Of a stretch of 64,000 nucleotides of DNA, positions 8,818-18,300 are shown piece after piece; the first letter of the stretch is position 1, and each line of letters starts with the position of its first letter. The stretch is from an uncultured Verrucomicrobiota bacterium (GTDB lineage Bacteria; Verrucomicrobiota; Verrucomicrobiia; Limisphaerales; CAZVRY01): NCBI GenBank assembly GCA_964629545.1, contig CAZVRY010000001.1, forward strand, positions 27,305-91,304, written 5' to 3'. The position numbers were made by a program, and so were the translations under genes. The notes beneath the pieces were generated by a model. The model ran no database searches, was not told where the DNA came from, and saw only the letters and a program-made list of their open reading frames with translations.

Positions 8818-9459
8818 ATGGCTGACCTCCCCACCGCAGCTATTCTGATCGTCGAGGATGAACCGGCCCAACTGCGCCTCTACACTCAAGCGTTGGCCGG
8901 CTACCGGCTGACCTGTGTGAGTACCGCCACCGCCGCGCTCGAACTCATCGCCCAGCAAACGCCCGACCTCATCCTGCTCGACCACGTCCTCGCCCAGGGC
9001 GAACTCGGTCTGGAAGCCCTGCCCCGACTCAAAGCCGCTGCCGCCCACGTGCCGGTCATTGTCATTTCGGGCACGCTCGGCGTGACCGATCAACTCCGCG
9101 CCCTCTCCGGTCCCGACTCGGCCCACTACGTCCTGGAGAAACCGGTCGGCCTGGCCGACCTGCGCGCGACCGTGCAACGCGCCCTGGACGAATGCGGTTT
9201 CGGCGAGATGGTCCGCAGCCTCCAGTCGCTCGAGCGCGCCGAACTCATCAACACCGGAGAACGGGAGCGCATCTACACCGAACGCCTGGCTCGTCAGCAT
9301 GATCTCCTCAAACGCCTGCGTCGCACGACGGAGAAGCCGAATCTCACCCAACTCGCGACCGATTACCGCGTCGATCGCCGGACCATCCGCCGCGATCTTC
9401 ACGATCTGGTCCAGCGCGGCCAACTGCCGGCCCTGGTGATCGAAGGCGAGCCGGAGTGA
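8818..9459 (+). CDS. Response regulator: receiver domain plus C-terminal helix-turn-helix (DeoR/HTH_11-like) segment
   Basis: Receiver 'AILIVEDEP...DLILLDHVL...VIVISG'. C-terminal 'NLTQLATDYRVDRRTIRRDLHDLVQRGQLP'. The track start at 8794 is a TTG overlapping the kinase stop. The ATG at 8818 (MADLPTAAILIVEDE) is preferred. Confidence 0.8.
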   Translation: MADLPTAAILIVEDEPAQLRLYTQALAGYRLTCVSTATAALELIAQQTPDLILLDHVLAQGELGLEALPRLKAAAAHVPVIVISGTLGVTDQLRALSGPDSAHYVLEKPVGLADLRATVQRALDECGFGEMVRSLQSLERAELINTGERERIYTERLARQHDLLKRLRRTTEKPNLTQLATDYRVDRRTIRRDLHDLVQRGQLPALVIEGEPE

Positions 9460-9506
9460 TTGGCACAGCCGTTCCGAGGGTTCTCTTGCTGGTTTCCGCA
9501 CGGGTC

Positions 9507-9533
9507 CCGGCGAGTTGAACTCGCCGGTTTCCT
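9507..9533 (+). terminator. Candidate intrinsic terminator after the kinase/regulator pair
   Basis: ccggcgagt-tga-actcgccgg forms a 9-bp perfect stem with a 3-nt loop, followed by tttcct. The T-tract is short, so confidence is modest. Confidence 0.35.
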
Positions 9534-9829
9534 CGACCGGACCACGCGGGCCGCCTTTGGACCGCGACCGGTCCCCGGTCGCAGCGCCCAGGCCCGCCGG
9601 ACGGGACCAGAACTTCCCCCGCGCCAGTCTCGATGGCCCGCGCGCTGCGCGCCGGGACCTCGCGCGGTCCGAGTTTGAGGGCATACCCCTCCAAAACGGC
9701 CTCCCTGGTGCCGTTCGATCGAAAGGTGCCCCGATAGGGTCGTCAGGCTCGACATGCCACCCAAAGTGGCAAGGAAGACAAAATGAGAACTGCTGCTCTG
9801 ACCGCTGAAAGACGGGCGCCACTCGCCCG

Positions 9830-9852
9830 CCCCCGGGCGCGACTTGCCCGTC
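9830..9852. repeat. 23-bp direct repeat, copy 2 (ccccgggcgCgacttgcccgtcg)
   Basis: It matches 8761-8783 with one mismatch. This copy lies 67 bp upstream of the ATG of cassette-A gene 1. Confidence 0.8.
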
Positions 9853-9918
9853 GGGGGGCGCCGCGACTGGAGTTAGGAATCTCGCATCGGCAGCGAACCG
9901 CAACCTCCAGACCACGGC

Positions 9919-12900
9919 ATGATGCAACGCGAGAAATCGACGAAATGGTGTCGGACCCTGGCCCTGGCGATCGGCCTGGGCTTGACCGGGGAGACCCAGG
10001 CCGGCGGCGGCCTGAATGGTGACTTTACCACCGTCAGCTACCTGAACCCCGGCTCCGAAGAATTCCTCTACTTCACCCCCGCCGATCCCACCCGGCTCCA
10101 GGTGAAGGCCAACGTCAGCACGGTGTTCACCGTCACCACCCCCGGCGCCATCGGCCAATACCGTCATGTGGTGCGAATGCTCGATACGTCCGGTCAGCAG
10201 GTGATGATCCGGACCGAGGACGGCACCTCCACACCCCAACTGGCCTTGCCGGCCTTCACGGTGAGTGCCGCGGGGACGCCCACGCGGCCGCTGGCCTTGA
10301 CCCTGGCCGACGCACCGCTGCCTGGCGCGACCCGGTTGAACCCTTACACCAGCTATCGGATCGAGGTGACGCTGCAATACTTCTCGGCCGGCGCGTGGGT
10401 CAACGAAGGTCCGCTTGGCCACTCGCCTGGCCGCCGCTTCTTTCATTTCCCCAACCGGGTCAGCGGGGATCCTGCTCGGAATGTCATCACGGAAATTATT
10501 TCAGCCCGCTGGATTCGCACCTACGGCATCGACACCTCGGTCGAGACGGAGCGCGGCCTGGAGGCGGAGGTGAGCTACCTGGTGTTTCGTTACGACGACT
10601 TTGAATCGCCCCCGGCGCTGGCCGACGTGCCGATGAGTTTAACGGTCGGCGTGCGGGCCGGCAGTTCGGGCATCGTCACCCCCACGGAAACGGAGGACGT
10701 GCCCTTCGCCGTGCCGACGACGAGCTATCGGATGGCCGGCGGGCCGGCGCCATGGCGCAGCGCCCTCTTCACCCGGCGAATCCGGTTTGGCCCGAACGCG
10801 CCCCTGCCATCCGCCACGGAAAGCGCCTTCTGGGCGGCGATCACCCTCTTGCACCAGGAAGACTCGACCTCACCCTGGACCTCCGGCAACCCCAAGGACA
10901 CCGACGCTGCCCCGGTCCTGCATTTCAACGGTCGCCTGGCCTGGGGCAACGTGATCACCACGATCACCGACATCGCCAACGACCCGACAGCCTCGTTCAC
11001 GCGGGAACCGGGAGCCGTGATCATGACGCTCAAGCTGAGCGGATTGGCGATTCCGGAAGCTTCGATTCCGTCGGTGCCGGTGGATGCGGAAGTGCGGGTG
11101 AGCCTCGCCGATTCCGGCGATGCGCAGGTGCTGGACGGCCATGCCTCGCTCGTGCTGCCCCCGACGGTGCGCGAGCGCCACGGTCTTCGTTATCGCCTGG
11201 GCAATCCGGTCCAATTGGGGCCGGAGGGCGCCGAGGCGGACGTGACTCTGCTCCTGCCGGCGGGCATGGGCGTGGGAAGGCCTGGGGAAGCGCTGCGCGC
11301 GACGCTGACGGCGCGTCTGCGGTCTTTCAACGTGCGGCTGGAACCGACGGGCACGAACGACTTCCCGCTGGCCCTGACAGACCAGGTCGTGCTCGACACG
11401 CGCCCGCTCTACTTCCAGGCCCCCAGCTTGAGCTGGAGAGTCGAGGTGGGCGATTTGGTTTTTGTGCCATCGGCGGTCGATTACGTCCGGCGCGAAGCTT
11501 TGGCCACCCTGGCCACGTTCACGGACCTCCCGCTGGAACAGGTCATCAAACCCTCCAACGAGCGCTACTACGAATTCGTGTCGGGCCTGGCCGGGACCGC
11601 CGTGGTCCGGATCACTCCGGAAGGTCGCACCGGTCTAACCGCGCGGATGGCCATCGCGGCGGGCCAGTTCATTCCTCACTTCCCGCTCGGGGTCACGACG
11701 GCTTGGACCTCTGGCGATCTGATCCTCACCGACGATCTGCCGGCGATCCCGACCAGCGGTCTGTTTCCGGCCGGCGCGATGATGGTGGAGTATGAGCAAG
11801 GCTGTCCCGACGGCCCTTGCGCGGGACAAACGGCGGGGCTCGAGTTCGAGACGGCGAAGCTGTTCTTCACCCCTGACAGCGGCCTGGTCGCCGACGGGTC
11901 GGCGCCGGGGGCTTCTGGCAACAGCCTGGCCTGGGGGCACAACCCCGGTCGCAACGTGTTCGCGCACGGGGTGGGCCCGTTTTACCAAGCCGGCTATGCC
12001 ATGGCGGGGCACGTTCTGTTGGGAGGGGCGATTCCCACCGCCGAGATCGCGCAAGGCCCGACAGCCCTTTTGCAGGCGGGGGCGGTGTTCAATGGCGTGG
12101 GCGGAGAAACGACGATCCGCATGATTCGCCCGGGCAGCGCTGCTTACGCGCGCGGTTTGGGGCATTACCCGGGCCTGAATCTGCGGCGCGCGGTGGAAGC
12201 GGACCCGGCCGGCGTGCGGGGGCGTGCCCGCTTGGGGGATGCGGCCGCGCCAGCGGAGTTTGAAACCTCAGCGCGCGTGCAATACTACGCGCGGCGTTCG
12301 GGCGTGAGCGGGCTGCACGAGGCGGCGGAGGGCGGATTTCCTCCGGGAGCGCTCCAAATCTACGGATATCCGTTCGAGTTCGCGTCGTTCGCCCTGAGTT
12401 TCCTTTCGAATCAGAACGAGGATTCGGCCACGCGCTGCCGGGTTCGGGTGCCGTTCCCGGTGGATGAGACGCTGCACCTGGACGAGCTGACGTTCACCTG
12501 CGTCGGGGCGCCGCGGGGCGCAGGGATTGCGGCTGGGCGGGACGCGTTACGCTTCGTCTACTGGCTGGCCGAGGTGGACGCGCGTGGAGTCGAGTTCGCG
12601 CCGCAGAACCCGGCGGACGCTACCTGCGACGCGGCCGAGAAGCGCTTCCTGGGCCTGGGCTCGGTGGTGCACGTCTCCGGGGTCCAGACCACCCTCGCCG
12701 GCACCCTCTACCTGTCGCCGTTCGGTTTCATCATCACGCCGGCAGACGCGGAACGCCCGGCCGGCCGGTCGCTCTATTTGGGGGCTGGGGCCGTGGTGAC
12801 GGTGGCGGGGGCAATGGATGCGGCCAGCCCTCCAGTTCCGACCGAGTTCTACTCGATGGTGCTGGCGAAGGCCTACTTCAACGACTCCAGGGCGGATAGC

Positions 12901-15333
12901 GGTGTGGGCTGGCTGAACCTGTTTGGCCACGTGCGCCTGCCGTTCTACGGTTCGACGGCAGCACATCTGACGGCGGGAGCGACAAAGAACCTGGCGGATC
13001 CATACTACTTCAACGGCGGCTGGAGCGAAGGCGGGTTGGCGGCTGCGGATCCGGCGGGGGATCCAGCCCACCGCGGTAAACCGGGCGGGGGCATGACTTG
13101 GCGCGACTATCGCGAAGGAATCGATTACCCGGTCGAGGCGCGCGGCGAGTTCCTTGACGTCATTAACCTGAGCTTCCCGCTGCTCTGGCATGCTGCGTTG
13201 CGCGAGTTCAGCGGCGCGGATCCCATCGCCAGCAGCATCCTGGTTGTCCATACCCAACGCGAGTTGCACCGGTTGTCCGCCGAGGACATTCAAATCCAGT
13301 TCGGTGCCGAGAAGAATCTCCCTCGCCTCCTGCCGACCCTGCGGACGATCGGGTTGGTGGACACGAGCGGGGGTGTGGCGAGCCTTGGGGCGAAGATTGC
13401 CGAGGCCTTGGCCGAACCTGCGTTGGCGGATTTTGAGCAAGGGCTCGCGTCGTTGCGCACGGTAGCCGGCGAGCAATTGCAGACGCAATGGCGGCAGATG
13501 GCCGGCCAGATGGTGGCTCGCATCGCCCCCGAGCTGCGCAACGCCCTCCGGGCCGCCTGCCCGGAGGGTGGAAGTTGCGACGAAGCGGCGCTGGCGGCGA
13601 CGGCTCGCGCGATGACCGACCGGTTGCGCCTGGACGAACGGACGCTGTTGCTGGGCGAAGAGGTGCTCGAACTGGGGCTGCGTCCGCAATTGACTCGCAA
13701 TCTCACCCAAGCGGCCGAAACGCTGGAATACTTGTTCGACGAGGAACACGGGGTCTTCAGCGGCGGCGTGGGCGGTGGCAGCCTGCGCTCGGCCAAGGTC
13801 ATCCGGGCGCTGCTCGTCGCCGCCTTCGAGGATGACGTGGAGCCCTGGATCATCGAGCTGATCGGAGCGATGGGCCACCCGCTCCTCGACCAGATCCTGG
13901 CTCCCCTCCAAGGAGATCTCAGCCGCATGGCTTCGGTCCTGGCCCGCCTGGCGCAGCGTGCCCGCCAGATCCGGGATCGTTACGCGTCCGACGATGGGGA
14001 CCTCTACCTCGAGTTGCGCGCTCTCTTCGGCGATCCCCTGGTGGTGGCCGAACTCAACGGCATCCTCGAGCGACTGGCCTCTGATCTCGCCGAGCGAGCG
14101 GCCCGGCCGCGCTGGGTCAGCGAGCACGTCGGAGAAGCCGGGGACGAACTCGAGCGTCAGCTCTCGGCCGACCTAGCCAACCTGCTGGTCACCTCGGACT
14201 TCTTCCGCCGTCTCGATCGGATCTTGAGTTACCACTTGCGCGGCTTTGAGGAAGCCGCCGTGGCTGGCCTGGGGGACGGACTGGGCCTGGTTCAGCGCAT
14301 GATCCGGACGGCGGCCCGCGAGCTCCTCCGGCTGGGCGATGAGATTGCCTCCAACATCCTGTCGGAGCCGTGGCAGAAGCGCCTGATCTTTGCCAAGGCC
14401 GAGGGTTACGCCTGGTTCAGCGGCGACGAGGTGCGCAAGCTCCGGATCACGGGCGAAGGCGGCGTGGATTTCGGGGAGGAATACAAGTTCAAGACGGGCG
14501 TGAAATTCGAAGTGAGCGCACTGGATTCCGAAGGCGAGGTGTCTTGCGGCACGGGCGGAGCCGTTAAGGCGACCGAGTGTCTGCTGGAATTCTCCGTGGC
14601 CACCAGCGCCAGCGCCGAGGTGGCGGCTCCGTTCGATCCACGTTACGACAATATCCTGACGCACCCTGAACCGGAGGTCCAGACCACCTCCGAGTCTTTC
14701 GCCGTCTACCTGAAGGCCAGCCTGGACGGGAGCGACACCATTAGCGGCTTCGGCGGAGGGTTCAACTGGCCGGCCAACCGCAAGTTCGGCTCCGTGCTCG
14801 TCAAGCGGGTGGCCGGCGCGGCCATGTTTGGCGCCGCCGAGAACTACCTCGCCGGCGCCTTGGAGGCGCACTTCGGCGACGAGGGCGGAGTGGATCTCCA
14901 GGGTGGTTTGTTCCTGGGCCGAACGTGTTCTCGCACCCCGCTCGTCGCCATCAGCCCGCGGGTCGGCCGCTTGCTCGGCCCTGGCGAGCGACCCTTCACG
15001 GGATTCTACGTCTACGGCGAAGGCTGGGTGCCGGTGCTTTCGGCCTCCTGCCTGCTCAATGTCTCGCTCGGCGCAGGGGTGGGTGTTCTGGCCGACTTCG
15101 AATCCAGCCGCTACGGCGGGACGATCCTCGGCGGAGTGAAGGGCCGGGTCCTCTGCGTAATGTCCGCCCAGGGCGAGCTCGAACTGAGCGGCGTGGGGAG
15201 CGAGGAGGGACTCGTGCTGGACGGCGCCCTCCGCTGCCGGCTCGAACTCGGCGCCTGCCCCTTTTGCGTGGCCTTCTCGAAGGAATTCGGACTGACCTAC
15301 CGATCCGCACCCGACACTTGGGAGACGCGCTGA
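9919..15333 (+). CDS. Giant cassette protein 1, copy A (1804 aa, secreted, no family recognised)
   Basis: Signal peptide 'KWCRTLALAIGLGLTGETQAGGG'. It is colinear along its whole length with 41617..47049 (-). Example: 'DPTRLQVKANV...QYRHVVRMLD' versus 'DPTRLQVKVEV...QYRHVVRLLD'; 'LGACPFCVAFSKEFGLTYR' versus 'LGSCPFCVGLTKGFHFTYR'. Its stop overlaps the next start (TGATG). Confidence 0.85.
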   Translation: MMQREKSTKWCRTLALAIGLGLTGETQAGGGLNGDFTTVSYLNPGSEEFLYFTPADPTRLQVKANVSTVFTVTTPGAIGQYRHVVRMLDTSGQQVMIRTEDGTSTPQLALPAFTVSAAGTPTRPLALTLADAPLPGATRLNPYTSYRIEVTLQYFSAGAWVNEGPLGHSPGRRFFHFPNRVSGDPARNVITEIISARWIRTYGIDTSVETERGLEAEVSYLVFRYDDFESPPALADVPMSLTVGVRAGSSGIVTPTETEDVPFAVPTTSYRMAGGPAPWRSALFTRRIRFGPNAPLPSATESAFWAAITLLHQEDSTSPWTSGNPKDTDAAPVLHFNGRLAWGNVITTITDIANDPTASFTREPGAVIMTLKLSGLAIPEASIPSVPVDAEVRVSLADSGDAQVLDGHASLVLPPTVRERHGLRYRLGNPVQLGPEGAEADVTLLLPAGMGVGRPGEALRATLTARLRSFNVRLEPTGTNDFPLALTDQVVLDTRPLYFQAPSLSWRVEVGDLVFVPSAVDYVRREALATLATFTDLPLEQVIKPSNERYYEFVSGLAGTAVVRITPEGRTGLTARMAIAAGQFIPHFPLGVTTAWTSGDLILTDDLPAIPTSGLFPAGAMMVEYEQGCPDGPCAGQTAGLEFETAKLFFTPDSGLVADGSAPGASGNSLAWGHNPGRNVFAHGVGPFYQAGYAMAGHVLLGGAIPTAEIAQGPTALLQAGAVFNGVGGETTIRMIRPGSAAYARGLGHYPGLNLRRAVEADPAGVRGRARLGDAAAPAEFETSARVQYYARRSGVSGLHEAAEGGFPPGALQIYGYPFEFASFALSFLSNQNEDSATRCRVRVPFPVDETLHLDELTFTCVGAPRGAGIAAGRDALRFVYWLAEVDARGVEFAPQNPADATCDAAEKRFLGLGSVVHVSGVQTTLAGTLYLSPFGFIITPADAERPAGRSLYLGAGAVVTVAGAMDAASPPVPTEFYSMVLAKAYFNDSRADSGVGWLNLFGHVRLPFYGSTAAHLTAGATKNLADPYYFNGGWSEGGLAAADPAGDPAHRGKPGGGMTWRDYREGIDYPVEARGEFLDVINLSFPLLWHAALREFSGADPIASSILVVHTQRELHRLSAEDIQIQFGAEKNLPRLLPTLRTIGLVDTSGGVASLGAKIAEALAEPALADFEQGLASLRTVAGEQLQTQWRQMAGQMVARIAPELRNALRAACPEGGSCDEAALAATARAMTDRLRLDERTLLLGEEVLELGLRPQLTRNLTQAAETLEYLFDEEHGVFSGGVGGGSLRSAKVIRALLVAAFEDDVEPWIIELIGAMGHPLLDQILAPLQGDLSRMASVLARLAQRARQIRDRYASDDGDLYLELRALFGDPLVVAELNGILERLASDLAERAARPRWVSEHVGEAGDELERQLSADLANLLVTSDFFRRLDRILSYHLRGFEEAAVAGLGDGLGLVQRMIRTAARELLRLGDEIASNILSEPWQKRLIFAKAEGYAWFSGDEVRKLRITGEGGVDFGEEYKFKTGVKFEVSALDSEGEVSCGTGGAVKATECLLEFSVATSASAEVAAPFDPRYDNILTHPEPEVQTTSESFAVYLKASLDGSDTISGFGGGFNWPANRKFGSVLVKRVAGAAMFGAAENYLAGALEAHFGDEGGVDLQGGLFLGRTCSRTPLVAISPRVGRLLGPGERPFTGFYVYGEGWVPVLSASCLLNVSLGAGVGVLADFESSRYGGTILGGVKGRVLCVMSAQGELELSGVGSEEGLVLDGALRCRLELGACPFCVAFSKEFGLTYRSAPDTWETR

Positions 15334-18300
15334 TGAACACCCTGCCCATGAACCGACCGTTCGGAAATTCAAAGCTCAAAGTTCAAAGCTCAAGGCGTCG
15401 TCCCCGTCCCTCGTCCTCGTCCTCGAGCCCCGGTTTATGGTCCCGATGCGCGTTCACTCGAACGTGGAAAGCCAACGGTTGGCTGCCCATCCTGGCCCTG
15501 CTCGGCGTTCTCTTTGTCTCCAGCTTCGAGCCTGCGCTGCACGCCCAAACGGCTACTACCGCCGGCACCTCGCTTCGCAGCGCCGACGGTCGCACCTGGG
15601 CTTACCTGACCTGGAACTCGGATCAACCCGAGTTCCTGCAACGCGCCGTCATCGCCGTCTTTCGCAAGGACGGAACGGCCGACACGGCCGGCGATTACCG
15701 GTTGGTCTCCGTTTTGAAGCGCGATCCTGAGACCGCCGTCATCCGGGCCGCGCTGCAACGGGCGCAACAGATCGGCGAGAACCTGGTCATGGTGGGCGAC
15801 TTGGTCCAAAGCGCCTTCGCCGAGTTGGTCCCGGCTCCCACCCTCCCGCTCGAAGAGAAACTCCAGGTCATCTTCGCCACCGCCCAAGCCCGGCCGGATA
15901 CCGATCGCTTGCTCCAATTCCTAACCCGTACCCAACCGGCCTTCGCCCTCGCCGCCGGCCAGGCTTTTGCCAGTGAAATCCCGTCCGGCGCCCCCACGAC
16001 TTTCGAGTTGCGCGTGTGCGACCGCATCCCCGCCGAGGCCGGTCTCGAATGCACGACGGTCATGGGGCGTGTCACCGTCACCGGCGGCTCCTTCGCGCCG
16101 TTGCCGGCGCCGGGGATTCCCACCGACGTGAGTTGGCGCGGGCCGCGTGGCGATTTGAATGTGCGCCTGCTCTGGGCCACGCCCGATCCGCTGCGCGCCG
16201 AGGTCATGCTCCAGAGCGGCTTCCAGGTTTATCGAGTGACCCCAGCCCATTACGCGGCCCACTTCGCCGCCCGCGCGCCCGAGCCCGGTGAACTGGCGCG
16301 CTTAAGCCAAACCGAACCGACCGCCGTCGGCCTGGTCAACCTGCAACCGGTGTATCCGAATGAACGATTCAACGACACCGAAGTGCAGGCCTTCCGCCTC
16401 CGCCGGCAAGCCGAGGACGGCACCACCGATCATCCGGATCTGAACCCGATTCCCTTTTTCACCGTGGATGACAACCACCGGTTCGAACCGGGCGGACGTC
16501 CCTTCCAGGACGGCGACTCATTCTACTACTACGTGGTGGCGCGCGATTTCCTCGGCCGCGAGGGCCTGCCTTCCCTCCCTGCCCTCATCACGATCTGCGG
16601 GCGACGCGCCCCGGTCATTCCCAAGGAGGTCACCGTCGAAATCGCCTCGCTCTTCAATCCCGCCGCGCCGGGCCCGGAGAAGCGCGACCAATTCTTCAAC
16701 GTCCGATGGGCGCGCAACCCCACGAACCAAGAAGCCGTGCCGACCGATGCCTACTGGGTTTACCGTTGGAATTCGCCGGAGGAAGTGGTGACGCCGCCCG
16801 TCGCCGGCGCCCCGCCGAAGCTGCCGTTCAAGACAATTTCCGCCGGCGATCGGCGCAACTTGTTCTATGAAGCGGCCGATGATGGCGCGGGACGTCCCCT
16901 GCTGCCGGATGCCGATCAGAAGACCTATTGGTACACCGTTCGGGCGGTCCGCCACGCGCCGTGCAACGACGATCTTGTCTCCGGCCATAGCCCACCCGTG
17001 CCCGGCGTGTTGCGCGGATGGGAAGGACCGGGGCGGGCCGATGGCGAACTCACCGTGCTTTGCCACGAGCCGCGGGCGGAATTTGTGTCGTGGACTCCGC
17101 AAACCGTCGCCGTCCCGCCGCCGGGCATCCACGAACTCGAACTGGTTTGCCACCGCGAGGCCGGCGACCGTTCCACGGTTTGGGCGGAGTATTATCTCGC
17201 CACCCAGGACCAACCCGACCCGACCGGCGCCGGGTTGGGCGGCGATCGCTACCTCGGCCGCGTCTGGTTCGAGCGGGAGTCGCTAACGGCGACGCTCATG
17301 GCCCGGATTCCCCGCACGGTGGCGACTTCCGTCCGCATTCGGTGTCGGGTGGGCAGCGATCAGGGCACGGTTTCGCCCCCGGCCGACGGCGTGCTCACGC
17401 CGCTCGATGGCAAGTGGCCCAAGGCGCAAGTCGTGTTTCGCAGCGTGCCCGTTCCCGCCGTGCGCGCCGTGCTCGGCACCTGCGGCAGCGGACGTCACCT
17501 CACGCGCCATCCCGAAACTGGCCGGCTTGAACCGATCGGCGTGACCGTGCGTTACACCGACACCACCCGCGAACACCGCATCTATTTGTCGATCGACAAC
17601 GGACCCCTGGAGTTGGTGGCGCGCGGATCAGGGCCTCACTCGGCCGTCATCCAGGAGACGATCGAGAGCATCCCCGGCAATGCCGCCACTTTGTGTTTCT
17701 ATGTCCAGAACCTCGACAGTCAGGGACTGGCCGGGCCGATGACGTTCCTGGGTTGCGTGATAGCGGAGGGGCAACAGGAAATGCCGGTGCCCCTTTTGGC
17801 CCAACCGACGCCCGCCACCACTCCCGACGGCCGGTTCACCGTGGCTTCGCTGAAGTGGTTTTGTCCGCCGTTCGCGGTGGAGCGATTTCGCGTCCTGGTT
17901 CACACCGAAGATCCCGCCCTGTTGCCCGCCCGGCTCTCGACCGGGCTTTACGAGTCGCCCTCGACGCGCCTCGAACGTGTCGGGGGTAAGACGTATCGCG
18001 TTTACGAGACCGGCCGGGTGGGCGGGAACTTCGGGACGGCCGGCGACCCGAACTTCACCCTCGCGATCGAAGTCCAGCCGTCGACGAAATACGAGTTCCT
18101 GGTCCAGGCAGCCAGCAGACCGGACGACTTTGGGAACGTGGAACTCGGTGGGTTCAGCCGACCGGCTGAATTTCAGTGGTCGCTGCCAATCGCGGCGGGC
18201 GATGACGCGGTGGTCTGGCCGGCGCGCGGGTTGGATTTGGCCCAAACGTATGTTGCGGGGAGCCCGGTCCCCACCGTCCGGCCGCCTCCGGGCGATGCGC

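Noticed and set aside
9766-9781. A sigma-54-like 'TGGCA' element upstream of cassette A.
   Set aside because: The required downstream TTGC(A/T) at the correct spacing is absent (the sequence reads ...aggaagacaa). In addition, the adjacent response regulator has no AAA+ sigma-54 activator domain.
12547-14127. Long antisense ORFs opposite the giant genes. Examples: 12547..14127 (-, 526 aa), 8641..10446 (-, 601 aa), 5426..6727 (-), 42115..43701 (+), 48690..51227 (-, 845 aa), 56559..57983 (-), 60508..63753 (+, 1081 aa).
   Set aside because: They are Arg/Gly/Pro/Ala-rich with no motifs. They lie fully inside, and antisense to, ORFs that have clear domain content or paralogue support. This is the expected stop-codon depletion of GC-rich DNA.
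14925-15332. N-terminal extensions of track ORFs 14925..18809 and 18646..25794 that would overlap the preceding genes by 400 and 160 nt.
   Set aside because: The extensions are out-of-frame read-through of the upstream genes. Trimming to the first ATG after the upstream stop reproduces the lengths and the coupling pattern of the paralogous cassette.
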